DNA of 64,000 nt, from contig OZ024741.1 of NCBI GenBank assembly GCA_964016885.1, positions 45,880,001-45,944,000 of the forward strand, in the 5' to 3' direction. The notes beneath the pieces are model-generated. The model saw nothing but the letters and a program-made list of their open reading frames with translations. It searched no databases and was not told where the DNA came from. The stretch is from Eledone cirrhosa (taxonomy: Eukaryota). Below, piece after piece: positions 30,417 to 41,891 of this stretch (position 1 is the stretch's first letter; each line of letters opens with the position of its first letter). The position numbers were made by a program, and so were the translations under genes.

Positions 30417-33400
30417 TTTCTTTATTTGCCACAAGGGCGCACAAGAAAAGGGGACAATATAAAGACATGCCGGGGATTTTACATAGAGTCGTGTAAAAAA
30501 TATAAAACAAACATTTACAACAATCGAAATCCCCAATAGGGGGGAAGCCGCACAAATGGGTTGTTTAATACCCCGTCGATAGAACAACCCTCAACTCCAG
30601 GAGCGTGTTGTGCAAGTGCTCCTTTCTTCCTTTCGCTCTCTTCTTTAACCTACAGGCTTATAAATAAAGAAGGCCCAGCAGTCGGGCCATTTTTGCCACA
30701 TTCACCCACCTTTCAGTAAATTTACTGGGGTGCAGTGCCTCTCTCTCCACTCTGATTCTCCTTCTAAAGTGATACTTAAAGAAGGGAATCAATTGTTGTC
30801 CGGAGAGAAAGGCATCTGTCCTTAGTCCTCTCAATCTCGTCCACCATATAACTTCTTTCACCATAGCCATTGTACAGAGGAAAACCGCCTCTCTTTCGTT
30901 TTTGAAAGAGGCTGGCGGTTTGATCCTTACTATGGACGCGGCAGTCAACTGGATTTGTCCCATACGCGACAGCAGTTGTTCTGCATAGTTCTACAGGTCA
31001 GTTACGCCCGGGCAGTGTACAATTGGGTGCAGGACGGTTTGAATGTCCTGCTCGCATCTTGGACACATCCTCTTGGAAGGATCCCTGCTGGGGCGTCCGT
31101 GCCTGTAGATCTTGTCACGAACCGGTAGAGCTCCTCGGTAGCACTGCCAGGCCAGGGAACTCTGGAAGTTGTCCATAGGTCCCGGGCGGAAAGTCCTACC
31201 AAACAGACTGGTGAGCTCATCGTCTTCGACGTCCAGAATCTCTCCGAGCACGTCGTCGCCCTTGCAACGTACATACCCTCTATAGAATGTCGAAGTGGAG
31301 TCTCCACTAATTGCTGTGCCCGCCTGAGCGCATTCAATGTGCCAGGCGCCCATCGTTTTCGGTCTTTTCTTGACCCAGGACTGCAGCTCCGTCAGCGAGA
31401 CGAGCTGCGGGAAAGCCTGTCTCACAAACAGTGCCCACACCGGTTGGGGGTCAGTGAGGAAACCTTGATATGCCGCAGCCTCAGCGCATGTTTGCGCATC
31501 ATCAGCCAAGGCATTCCCAGCCCTCCGTTGGAAGGGTGCTGACAGCAGACGGATCTCCTCACCAGAGGAGCCTGCTTCTTCCACAGAAACAGGAAGAGCA
31601 TGCGTTCCATCTTGGCGAGGTGTTCACGGGGACAAGGCACGACAGTCAAGCGGTAGTAGATGACGAACGCTATGAAAGTGTTCGCCACCTCCGCTCGACC
31701 TTTCAATGACAGTTTGCACTCTGGTCACTTCTGGGTGAGCGCAAACACTTTGGCCGTGACCTCGTTCCAGTTTTTCTCCACCTGGAGGTCTGGACCGAAC
31801 CAGACCCCGAGCAATGTTACCGGTCCATCCGTCCAGTGTCCAACACGCTGTCGGACGTCATCGGTTTGCCTCTCCACGTACCTAGTTGCAAACCGACAGA
31901 TTTGTGCGGGTTTAGTTTTGCTCCCGTCAGCGTTTCGTATTTTTTCAGTAAGTTTCCGACCCCGATTTCCGAGGTGCTCGATACCATTACCGTCACGTCG
32001 TCGGCACAGGCCGACGCCGCTTTGCGCAGTCCCTGTTCTAGAGGGATGCCCTGCAACAGCTCCAATTTCCGCAGTAGTGGCTCTAGAGTCAATACATACA
32101 GAATGGAGGAGAGAGGGCGCCCCTGTCGAATGGAACGCGTGATTGCGAACGGCTCCGATAGGTAGCCGTTCACCTTGACCCTCGAGCAGATGTTGGTGTG
32201 CATCGCCTCGATCCACCATCTGAAAACGGGACTGAAACCGGCCGCCTTGAGAACCGCTTCCAAGTATCGATGGTCGACACTATCGAATGCCTTAGACTGA
32301 TCCAAATTGATCAGCGCCCCACCGAGGCCGGGTTTACTACCCACCCTCTCTATGATGAATCGCATGAGGTGGAGGTTGTCGTGTATGGACCTGGTCGGGA
32401 TTGCACACGTTTGCGCTTTCGCTACCAGGTTCTCGACGACAAGCGCCAACCTTGTCGCTAGCACTTTGGCCAAAATCTTTAACTCTGTGTTGAGCAGAGT
32501 TATGGGCCTGAAGTTGTTAATTTCGCCCCTACCCACCCCCTGTTCTCGTCTTTCCTGATCAGCGTTACTACGTCCTTGCATGCAGAACTGGGAATTCTCT
32601 CGTTCTGCTGCCAATTGCAGTAGATGGCTTCGGGGACGCCAGAGAACAAGTCCAGCATGCCTATGTAAAACTCATAGGGTAGACCATCTAGATCGGGCCA
32701 CTTACGTTTCCTGCAGCGGCCCAGAGCGTCCCTATCTCAGTGTCCGTGATCGGTCTTTCGCAGAACTCGGCGTCCGTGTTTGAGAGACGCGGCAGGCCGT
32801 CTAGGTATGAACTAAAGTCCATTGCCCGTTCGGCTCACCGTCGTTCTGTTCAAACAGTCGCGTAAAGTGCTGTTGAAAGGCCGCGCACATTTGCTTGGGG
32901 TCAAGTAGCACGCGTCCGTTTTGGTCTTTCAAAGGCCGAATCGTGGGCTTGTTGCCACCTTTTGCCTCCGCCACTCGGGCCCAGCTGACAGCTTTCGCTC
33001 CTTCGTTTCCTAGAGCACGTGTTTTGCTTCTGACCACGCAGCCTTCGTGTTTCGCGTCGAAGAACTGGTCTAGTGCCGACGCTAACACTCTAGCCGCGTT
33101 GCCACTTCTAAGTGCCTCCTCTACCTTGGCTACTAGTTCTCTTTCTATTTTGTTTTTCTCTAAGGCTAGCTCTCTGCTAAACTCTATCGATTCTACTCTA
33201 ATTGCTTTCTTGAGAGAGTACCACCATCTATTGTTGACGAGGGCTCCCGTTAACTGTTGCTTGACTAGTCTACTTATCCGTTCACTGTAATCTTTACGTG
33301 CCGGCAACGACACGTTCAGCTTCCAGTATCCGGGTCCCTGTCTATGTATTCTATCACGGTTAACTAAGCAGACGACTAATTTGTGATCTGAGTAGGCAAC

Positions 33401-35595
33401 CATGTGCATTCGTGGACAGCTTAACATCTCCTTGTCCCTTTCTCTAATGAAGAACCTATCTAAATACGATCTAGATGTCCCGCTGCTGTTTGCCCACGTC
33501 GTTCACTGTGGTGCAGTCGGGAAATCCAGTCGATACCTATCGGCCAGTTGGAATTGGCCGATTAAAGTTTGAGGCTGTTGCCCCCCCCCCCCCCCCCCCT
33601 CTACTGGGACATGCTCCCACATAGTCCCATCGTGCATCTAGTATACCATTCCAGTCCCCACTAAAAGTAAGGAGCGAGATATTCCCAGAAAAGACTCTAG
33701 ACGCTTAAAGAAGTCTGGCCGTGATTGCGATTGCCCGGTCGGGGCATAAATGGCCACCAGTCTGAAGGCTCCACTTCCAATACTGTTCACGTCTAGGACT
33801 ACCAGTCTACCCTCCGGGTCCAAGTGTACTTGCTGTACTTCGACGTCCAGGTTCTTCCGAAACATGACAGCCACTCCCCTTCCACCTCCTGGCTGACAGA
33901 GAGATGCGTAGATCTTAAAGTCGTCGAAGATGGGGGTTAGTTGCTGCCTGTTGTGGATCCTGGTCTCGGTGATGGCTATCACATCCAAACCATGTGACCT
34001 AAGGTCGTTTAAAAGTTGGCCCTGTTTCCAGGACATCCCTAGGCCACGCACATTCACGCTTCCAATTCGTAAACTAGCCATGTTGGTGAAGAAGAGTTGG
34101 AAAAAAAGGACGAAAAGGTGCACTTACCTTTTCGTTTCCTGGAGATCGGGTTGTTCAATCTCCATTTGGGTGCTGGAGGGGGTGTTGGCTGGGGTGGGGA
34201 AACATTTTAACAGGACGCGGTTGATAGGTTTCTGGCAGGGGTTGCCCACGTCTTGCGAAAATTTATTTTTCAGGTCACTATAGGTCTCCATAGAAACCCT
34301 TATAATTTTAAGGTGTGCAGACTATTCTGCTTTGACGTAAGTTTTGCCCTCCGTCTCCACCTTGGGGTTTTGGGAGATGACCTCCATCAAACTCTTGTTG
34401 TTTGTGTTGATGTATGTATATTGTTGTTTGTGTTTGTGTTGGTTTTGCTGGTAGGGGGATGTTTGACTGTGGTGTTGTTTGTGTTGTTGTTTGTGTCTAT
34501 GATTGTGTGTTGGTGTTGGTGATTGGAGTTTTGGGGGTTTTGTGGTGTCTCTTTTTTTGTTTTGTAGATTTCCGAGGCTCTCCTTCTTCTTCACTTAAAG
34601 AAGGGGAAGCAGCCTCATCTGTCGATGAATAATCATCGTTAGGAGTGTGGGGTAGGGGTATGTTGTGTGGTGGTGGTGTTTCGGTGTGTGTGTTTGTGGT
34701 AGTGTTTGATGGATTGTGATGGGGTGGGGCTGTGTTCTTCAGGGGTGTTGTCTGTGTTTTTTCTGTTGTTGTTGGTTGAGTGGCAGTTTGTTTTGGTGCG
34801 TTTGCTCGTTTCGTCTGTTGTTGTACCTGTGGTGGTGGTTGTTTTGGTGTTGGTGTTGGTAATAGTGTTTTCTTTTGTATTGTTTTGGTTGAGCATGTTT
34901 GTAAAGGGCAGGAGGCCTTTAAGTATGTGGTGCTATTGCAACGAAAGCAATGAGGTTTTCGACCCTCTACCGAAATGTTTATGTGGCTGTTGTTGTCCAC
35001 CAGCACTTTTTCTGGTATTTTGGAGATTCCTTCCGAACTCATTTGCACCAGAATCTCCAAATTTGTACCAGACCAGGTGTGTCTGGTTGACTTTTTGATG
35101 GATAGAATAGTGTCTTTTCTCTCCTCTAAAAATCCTGCCAATATCCATCAAATATTAATATTTGGTATGTTTAAAACTCTAATTTTTTGTGTCCTTTTCC
35201 CAGGTATGTAGGGAAAAGGGTGTATTTTTGTGGCAGTATTGGCGTCACTGAATATCTTTGTGCAAGGGCCTCGCTTTTGAGGATTACCGAAATACTCTCG
35301 TACTCTTTGGCCCTCTGCATAAAGTCAATGCCAGGCAATATCTCTTTCAAGGTTGCCTCAATTTCCCCTTGACTGAGGAATGCTGGTCGTTTTGTTTCAT
35401 TTGAAATAGTTCTGAAGGTAATTGTCCTTCGAAATGTTTCCAGACGAATTTCTGGGGGTAAGTTTATCTGAAACCCACCGTTTTCACCGAAAATGATAAA
35501 CTCCTGTGCTTCAGAGAGCATCTGTTTCGCATTGGAGATATCGAGATCCTTGAATTCTTGTCTTGATGACTGTTTGTGCAAAAGTTTTTTTTTGG

Positions 35596-35631
<36 letters not shown>

Positions 35632-36312
35632 GGTTGTCGGGTTTTCCGTCTGTAGTTGTGTCAATGGTTTTATTTTCTGTTGTTTTTTCCGCCTGTTGTA
35701 CTATGTGTGGTTCGATCTTGTTTTTATTTCTGTTGTTCATATTGGTTTCCATGGTGACGCCAATACATGCGGAGTTAGAAGTAACGTTATTATTACATGT
35801 GACTGTTTCTGTATAAGTTATTTTGTTGTTGTTGTTGTGGTGGTGGTGGTGGTTGTCGGGTTTTCCGTTTGTAGTTGTGTCAATTGTTTTTTCTGTTGAT
35901 TTTGGTGTGTGTTGTATACTGTGTGGTTCACTGTGCGATTCAATTTTGTTTGTGTTGTCTACTTGACTTTCGTTACACAAAACTTTGTTGTTAACTACCT
36001 CGATACAGGCAACATTTTTAGCAGCGTTAAAGTCTATTGCTTCTTTTCTTTTTCCTTCTTCAACGTTCGCTCGCATTCTTTGAACGCTTGTCATAGCTGA
36101 TGGCAAAATATTAAACATTTTTAAACAGTTTTCAAATTAATTTCAAATTAAATTTTCGCCCATGTGGGGGCGAAAAATGAGATTGCCACCCAGCTGACAA
36201 TTCAGCCTGAGGGTTAATCTACAAAACAATGTGATTTTTTAAACAAGAATTTTTGTTTTTTGTAAATAAATTGACAGAAACTTACCAGCAAAATTGTGTG
36301 CGTCCAGCTACC

Positions 36313-36313
<1 letters not shown>
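30417..36313 (-). mobile_element. Full-length Tx1 copy B, both ORFs frameshifted
   Basis: ORF1 pieces (about 36118-34124, knuckle CFRCNSTTYLKASC) and ORF2 pieces (34081-30650: APE NVRGL/SDH, RT LDQSKAFD/CADD, C-terminal CCHC). It ends with AATAAAGAAA and (TCTA)n. Confidence 0.93.
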
Positions 36314-36374
<61 letters not shown>

Positions 36375-36376
36375 TA
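36314..36376. repeat. (GATA)n between Tx1 copies B and A
   Basis: Directly visible. Confidence 0.97.
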
Positions 36377-36638
36377 TTTCTTTTATTTGCCACTAGGGCA
36401 TCAAAAGTGGGACAAGTACAATGGGGGGAGTTTACACAAAAAGGCGTCCTCAATAAGGAGGAGGCAATAACAAAATATAAAAATAAAATAAGATATAACA
36501 AAAAATAAAATTTTTAACAAAATCCTCAATAGAGAGGAGGCGCCTTGGGGGGTCGCACACACCCCCGAAAAAAGTGTGCAACCCTTCTCCTCAGGAGCAC
36601 AGAGAGGGGGTGCTCCCTTGGTCTTTCATCTTCCTCAC

Positions 36639-39600
36639 CTATAGTCTGATGTAGAGTGAAGGCCCATTCACACGGGCCATTCTCGCCACTTTCACCCATC
36701 TTTCATAGAAACGGCTGGGGTGCAGCACCTCTCTCTCCATCCTGATCCTTCTTCCGAAATGATATCGGAAGAAACGGACCAGTTGTTGGCCAGAGAGAAA
36801 GGTGCCCGACCTCAGTCCTTTCAGACGCGTCCACCATACAACCTCTTTCGCCATGGCTATTACGCACAGAAACACCGCCTCTGCTTCATCTTTGAAGGGG
36901 GGAGGCGGCTTGATCATTACAATAGACTCGGTGGTCAGCCGGATCGGTCCCACCCTTGACAGCAGTTGTTCGACATAGCCCCACAGATCGGCTACGCCCG
37001 AGCAGTGTACTAATGCGTGTGCAACGGTTTCCTCGTCGCACACGCATCTGGGACAGATCTTTTTGGCGGGGTCCCTACCCGGGCGCCCGTGTCTGTAGAG
37101 CCTTTCTCGAACGGGTAAAGCCCCTCGGTAGCACTGCCAGGCCAGGGACTTCTGGAAGTTGTCCATAGGTCCCGGGCTGAATGTCCTACCGAACAGGCTA
37201 GCCAGTTCGTCCTCCTCCATGTCTAGGGCTTCTCCGAGGGCGTCGTCGCACCTGTTGCGTACCAGCCCTCTATAGAATGTTGCGGTGGAGTCTCCACTGA
37301 CAACCGGATCCGCCTGCCAGAGGGCGGTGAGCGCCTGGGCACACTCAGTGTGCCAGGCGCCCAGTTTTCTCGGTCTTTGCTTGACCCAGGATTGCAGCTC
37401 GGTGAGTGAGACGAGTCTGGGAAAGGTTCGTCTCACAAACGAGGCCCACACCGGTTGTCCGGTGAGGAATACGTAGAGGTGCCGTAGCCTTAATGCGTGT
37501 TTACGCATCATTAGCCACGGCATCCCCAGCCCTCCTTTCGAAGGGTGTTGACAGCAGATGGATCTCCTCACCATAGGAGCCCGCCTCTTCCAAAGGAATT
37601 GGAAGAGCGCGCGCTCCATCTTGGTGAGGGTTTCCCTTGGGCAGGGCACTACGGTCAGGCGGTAGTAGATGACGGACGCTATGTAGGTGTTCGCCACCTC
37701 CGCCCGACCTTTCAGGGATAGTTTGCAACTGGCCCACTTCTGGGTCAGTGCAAACACCCTGTTCGTAACCTCCGCCCAGTTTTTCTCCACCTGGAGGTCC
37801 GGTCCGAACCAGACCCCGAGCAACTTCACCGGGCCCTCCGTCCAGCGTCCGACGACGCTATCGGAGGGCATCGGTCTGCCCCTCCACGTGCCGAGTTGCA
37901 AACCGATCGACTTGTCCCGGTTCAGCTTAGCCCCTGTGAACTTTTCGTACTCCTCCAGTAAGGTGCCGACCGCCTCGATTTCGGAGGCCGTCGACACCAT
38001 TACTGTCACGTCATCGGCGTAGGCCGACACCGCTTTCCGCAATCCCGGTTCCAAAGGGATGCCCTGCAACAACTCCAACTTCCGCAGTAGTGGCTCGAGA
38101 GTCAACACATACAGAAGGGAGGAGAGAGGGCACCCTTGTCGGATGGACCGCGCGATTTTGAACGGCTCCGAGAGGTAGCCGTTCACCTTGACCCTAGAGC
38201 AGATGCGGCTGCTGTGCATAGCAGTGATCCAGCCCCTGAAAACGGGTCCGAAGCCTGCCGCCGCTAGCACCGCATCCAGGTAACCATGGTCGACCCTATC
38301 GAACGCCTTAGATTGATCCAAGTTGATCAGAGCCCCACCAAAGCCGGGTTCGTTCCCAACCCTCTCTATGATGTATCGCATGAGGTGGAGGTTGTCATGG
38401 ATGGACCTGGACGGGATAGCGCATGTCTGCGCATCTCCCACCAGGTTGCCCACGACAAGCGCCAACCTCTTTGCTAGCACCTTGGCCAAAATCTGTAACT
38501 CTGTATTTAGCAGTGTTATGGGCCTGAAGTTACTTATTTCGTCCCCCTTGTTCTCGTCCTTCCTCACTAGCGTGACTACGCCCTTGGTCACAGTACAGGG
38601 AATTCTCCCGTTCTGTTGCCAGTTGCAGTAGACCGCCTCGAGGAGATCGGGGAACAAGTCCGGCATAGCTAGATATAATTCGTAAGGAAGACCATCGAGA
38701 CCCGGGGATTTGCGTTTGCCGCATTGGCTCAGCACGTCCTCTATCTCAGCGGCCGAAATCGGCTCCTCGCAGGACTTCGCCTCCCTGTCCGAGAGGCGCG
38801 GCAGGCCGTCGAGGTATGGACCGAAGTCCACGTTCCCAACCGGCTCCCCGCCCCTCCCGAACAGTCGGGCAAAGTGCCTTTGAAAGGCCTCACACATCTG
38901 CTTAGGCTCAAGAATCGCCCGTCCATCCAGGTCTCGCAAAGACCGGATGGTGGATTTAGTTCCACTGTTGGCCTCTGTCACGCGGGCCCAGCTAACAGCT
39001 TTGGTCCCCTCGTTCCCTAGAGCACGTATTTTACTTCGGACAACGCAGCCTTCGTGCTTCGCGTCGAAAAACTGGCTCAAAGCCGTTTTCGACGCTAGCA
39101 CTCTGGCCACGTCGCCGCTTCTAATTGCCTCTTCTACTCTATCTATTAGCTCCCTTTCCTTCCTATTCCTATCCGCAGCTAGAACCTTACTAAATTCTAT
39201 CGAGACTACTCTAATCTCTCTCTTTAGAGATACCCACCACCTGCTGTTGACGATCGCTCCAGTCAACCGTTCCTTAACTAACGTACTAATCCGATTCCTG
39301 TAGGCTCTACTTGCCGGCAAGGACAAGTTGAGCTTCCAGTAACCGGGGCCCTGTCTATGAGTTCTGTCAAGGTTGACCATGCAGGTCACTAATTTGTGGT
39401 CTGAATAGCCAACCATGCGCATTTTTGGACAACTTAAAAAGTCCTTATCCTTAATTCTAACTAAGAACCTATCTAGGTACGACCTAGATGATCCGCTACG
39501 ATTTGCCCAAGTCCAGGTTGGCGCAGTCGGAAAATCTAGTCGATATCTATCGGCCAGGTCAAATCGACCGATTAACCCTTTGAGGCTATTACACCCCTCT

Positions 39601-40076
39601 CTATCGGGGCAGGCCCCTACGTAGTCCCAGCGTGCATCTAGGATACCATTCCAGTCCCCCACTAATAGCAAGGAGCGGGACGTCCCTAGAAAAGTCTCCA
39701 GACGATGGAAGAAGTCCGGCCGCATTGACCCAAAAGGGCCGTAGGCGGCTACCAACCTAAACGCTCCGCCTTTACCACTGCCAAGGTCCAGAACCACTAG
39801 TCGACCCTCCGGGTCCAAATGTACCATCTGTGTTGCGAGACCCAGATGTTTTTGCAGCAGAACGACAACTCCACCCCCACCTCCGGGCTGACAGAGAGAT
39901 GCGTGCATCTCAAAGTCATCAAAGGTGGGGGACAGCTGTCGCACGTTGCTGATCCGGGCCTCGCAAATAACCATCACATCTATACGTTGTGACCTGAGGT
40001 CATTTAGAAGCATTGCTTGCTTCCAAGTTGAGCCCAGGCCACGCGCATTTAAACAGCCTACTCTTAGCATAGCCAT
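36639..40076 (-). CDS. Tx1 ORF2: APE endonuclease, reverse transcriptase and C-terminal CCHC (1145 aa from the first ATG)
   Basis: APE motifs LNARGL, GDWN and YSDH. RT motifs SPGLDG, NFRPITLLN, LDQSKAFDRVDH, RQGCPLS and YADD. C-terminal CPRCVCDEETVAHALVHC. GYWKLN is typical of the L1/Tx1 group. Confidence 0.95.
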   Translation of the reverse strand: MAMLRVGCLNARGLGSTWKQAMLLNDLRSQRIDVMVICEARISNVRQLSPTFDDFEMHASLCQPGGGGGVVVLLQKHLGLATQMVHLDPEGRLVVLDLGSGKGGAFRLVAAYGPFGSMRPDFFHRLETFLGTSRSLLLVGDWNGILDARWDYVGACPDREGCNSLKGLIGRFDLADRYRLDFPTAPTWTWANRSGSSRSYLDRFLVRIKDKDFLSCPKMRMVGYSDHKLVTCMVNLDRTHRQGPGYWKLNLSLPASRAYRNRISTLVKERLTGAIVNSRWWVSLKREIRVVSIEFSKVLAADRNRKERELIDRVEEAIRSGDVARVLASKTALSQFFDAKHEGCVVRSKIRALGNEGTKAVSWARVTEANSGTKSTIRSLRDLDGRAILEPKQMCEAFQRHFARLFGRGGEPVGNVDFGPYLDGLPRLSDREAKSCEEPISAAEIEDVLSQCGKRKSPGLDGLPYELYLAMPDLFPDLLEAVYCNWQQNGRIPCTVTKGVVTLVRKDENKGDEISNFRPITLLNTELQILAKVLAKRLALVVGNLVGDAQTCAIPSRSIHDNLHLMRYIIERVGNEPGFGGALINLDQSKAFDRVDHGYLDAVLAAAGFGPVFRGWITAMHSSRICSRVKVNGYLSEPFKIARSIRQGCPLSSLLYVLTLEPLLRKLELLQGIPLEPGLRKAVSAYADDVTVMVSTASEIEAVGTLLEEYEKFTGAKLNRDKSIGLQLGTWRGRPMPSDSVVGRWTEGPVKLLGVWFGPDLQVEKNWAEVTNRVFALTQKWASCKLSLKGRAEVANTYIASVIYYRLTVVPCPRETLTKMERALFQFLWKRRAPMVRRSICCQHPSKGGLGMPWLMMRKHALRLRHLYVFLTGQPVWASFVRRTFPRLVSLTELQSWVKQRPRKLGAWHTECAQALTALWQADPVVSGDSTATFYRGLVRNRCDDALGEALDMEEDELASLFGRTFSPGPMDNFQKSLAWQCYRGALPVRERLYRHGRPGRDPAKKICPRCVCDEETVAHALVHCSGVADLWGYVEQLLSRVGPIRLTTESIVMIKPPPPFKDEAEAVFLCVIAMAKEVVWWTRLKGLRSGTFLSGQQLVRFFRYHFGRRIRMEREVLHPSRFYERWVKVARMARVNGPSLYIRL

Positions 40077-40100
40077 GTTGGTGGTGAAGAGAAAAGGCAC

Positions 40101-41891
40101 TTACCTCTCTGCGTCCCGGGCATCGGGCTGCACAATTTCCATTAGGGTGGGGGATGGGTTGTTGGGTGGGGTGGTGGTTTGTGGAAGTGTGGGGGCATCA
40201 GTGTGTTGTGTGGTTGGGGAGCTTGGAGTTGTGAGGGTGTTTGGGGAGGGGGTGGGATAGTTTTTTAGGAGGACGCGGTTAATGGGCCCGACGCAGGGGG
40301 GACCCACGTCCTCTTTAAAATTGTTTTTTAAAGTTTTATAGGTGTCCTGTGGGGCCTTAATCATTTTGAGGTGGGGGAAATCCCCTGCCTGGGTGAAGTT
40401 AGGCCCTTGTGTTTTTATTAGATTGTTGTTGTACACAATGTTTAACAGTTTTTTGTTTCTTGTATTTATGTATGTGTATGCATGTTTTTGTTTTTGTGTG
40501 GTGTTTTTTGTTTGCTGTTGTGAGCTCTTTTGTGTTGGTGTCAGTGTTATGTTTTGGGGAGGGTTTTTTTTCATTTGTGTGTCTGAGGTGTGTTTTCTTT
40601 TTTTTCTTTTGATTGTGTGGAAGTGCTCCTCCTCGTCTGACGACGAACTAGGGTCATCTTCCGCGTTGGAGGGGAGGGGTATATTTTCGGGTTGTGTTTG
40701 CGGTACGGGTGTTTTGGAAATTGTTTTTGTTTTTTGAGTGGAGGGGATGGGTTGGACATTGTTTTGTTTTGGTTTGAGCTGTGGTGGTTGTTTTTGTAGT
40801 GGTAGTTGTGGTGATTGTGTTGGTTGTGCAGTTGTTGGTGGTGTAGGCAGGATTGGGGTTTTCTTATTAAGTTGGGGACAGACAGCCCTCAGGTGACCTC
40901 TGGTTCCGCAGAGGTAACACGAGGGCCGTCTACCCTCAACGGTAATGTTGATGAAGGTTAGATCATCCAGTATGACGCGTTCAGGGATCTGGGCGATCCT
41001 TTCGGGCCTCATTTGAACTACAAGTTCGAGGCTCGTTCCACTGAACGCGTCACCCGATGCCTTTCCCATGGACACCAGCATGTCATCCTCCAGGTCCAGA
41101 AAACCTGTCAAAACCCACCATATGTCCATAATCGGCAGGATGGTGTGGATTTTTATTTTTTGTGTTCTTCTACCCATGTACGTAGGGTAGAAGGTGTATG
41201 CGGTGGATGTGATTGGTTTGATGGACAGTTTCACTGCTGTGTCCCTGTCCTTCATGAGAATGGATAGACTCCCGTAGAGTCTATCCTTCTGAATGAAGGT
41301 GATGTCCTTCATGACGTCTTTTAAAACCAGCTCTATCTCGCTCTGTGATGGTTGAGCTGGTTTTTTACTTTTGTTCGAGATTGTCCTAAATATGACCGTG
41401 TTTAGGAGTCTCTGGCTTTTTAGTTCCGGGGGGGAATGGATTGTGAATGAACCATTTTCCCCGTACACTATATATTTTTTCGCATCCTCCAGTAGCTCCT
41501 TCGCTTTTGTTATATCTACTGGCAGATAGTCGAGGGTTTTCCTTGTCGTCTCGGCGAAGGAGAAATTTTGTTTGTTTGTGTTGTTGTTGTCGTTGGTGGT
41601 GTTGTTGTTATCATTGTTGTTGTTGTCACCGTTATTGGTCTTGTTGTTGTTATTGTTATTGTTATTGGTGTTGTTTTCGTCCGTCGCATTGTTGTTGTTG
41701 TTGTTGCTGTTGCTGCTGGTTCTTTGGGTTGTTGCCATGGCAACGTCAAGTTGTCGGTTAACAGGTGGAGAGAATTCTTCCTCTGGCTGACCTATCTTCT
41801 TGACCTCTGCTACTGTGACAGTGGCAGGGGGAAGCTGTAAGTTCATCTTCCCCTTTCCTCCTTCGAATTTTGGTGAAGAAGCTTCGGCCAT
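40101..41891 (-). CDS. Tx1 ORF1 nucleic-acid-binding protein with a zinc knuckle (596 aa)
   Basis: Open frame with CYLCGTRGHLRAVC and Asn-, Pro- and Thr-rich low-complexity regions, directly upstream of ORF2. Homologues occur in copies B and E. Confidence 0.9.
   Translation of the reverse strand: MAEASSPKFEGGKGKMNLQLPPATVTVAEVKKIGQPEEEFSPPVNRQLDVAMATTQRTSSNSNNNNNNATDENNTNNNNNNNNKTNNGDNNNNDNNNTTNDNNNTNKQNFSFAETTRKTLDYLPVDITKAKELLEDAKKYIVYGENGSFTIHSPPELKSQRLLNTVIFRTISNKSKKPAQPSQSEIELVLKDVMKDITFIQKDRLYGSLSILMKDRDTAVKLSIKPITSTAYTFYPTYMGRRTQKIKIHTILPIMDIWWVLTGFLDLEDDMLVSMGKASGDAFSGTSLELVVQMRPERIAQIPERVILDDLTFINITVEGRRPSCYLCGTRGHLRAVCPQLNKKTPILPTPPTTAQPTQSPQLPLQKQPPQLKPKQNNVQPIPSTQKTKTISKTPVPQTQPENIPLPSNAEDDPSSSSDEEEHFHTIKRKKRKHTSDTQMKKNPPQNITLTPTQKSSQQQTKNTTQKQKHAYTYINTRNKKLLNIVYNNNLIKTQGPNFTQAGDFPHLKMIKAPQDTYKTLKNNFKEDVGPPCVGPINRVLLKNYPTPSPNTLTTPSSPTTQHTDAPTLPQTTTPPNNPSPTLMEIVQPDARDAER

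Noticed and set aside
36720-41840. Plus-strand ORFs antisense to the Tx1 ORFs, and similar ones opposite the Helitron and RLE ORFs
   Set aside because: They are shadow frames of coding or low-complexity sequence with no independent motifs.
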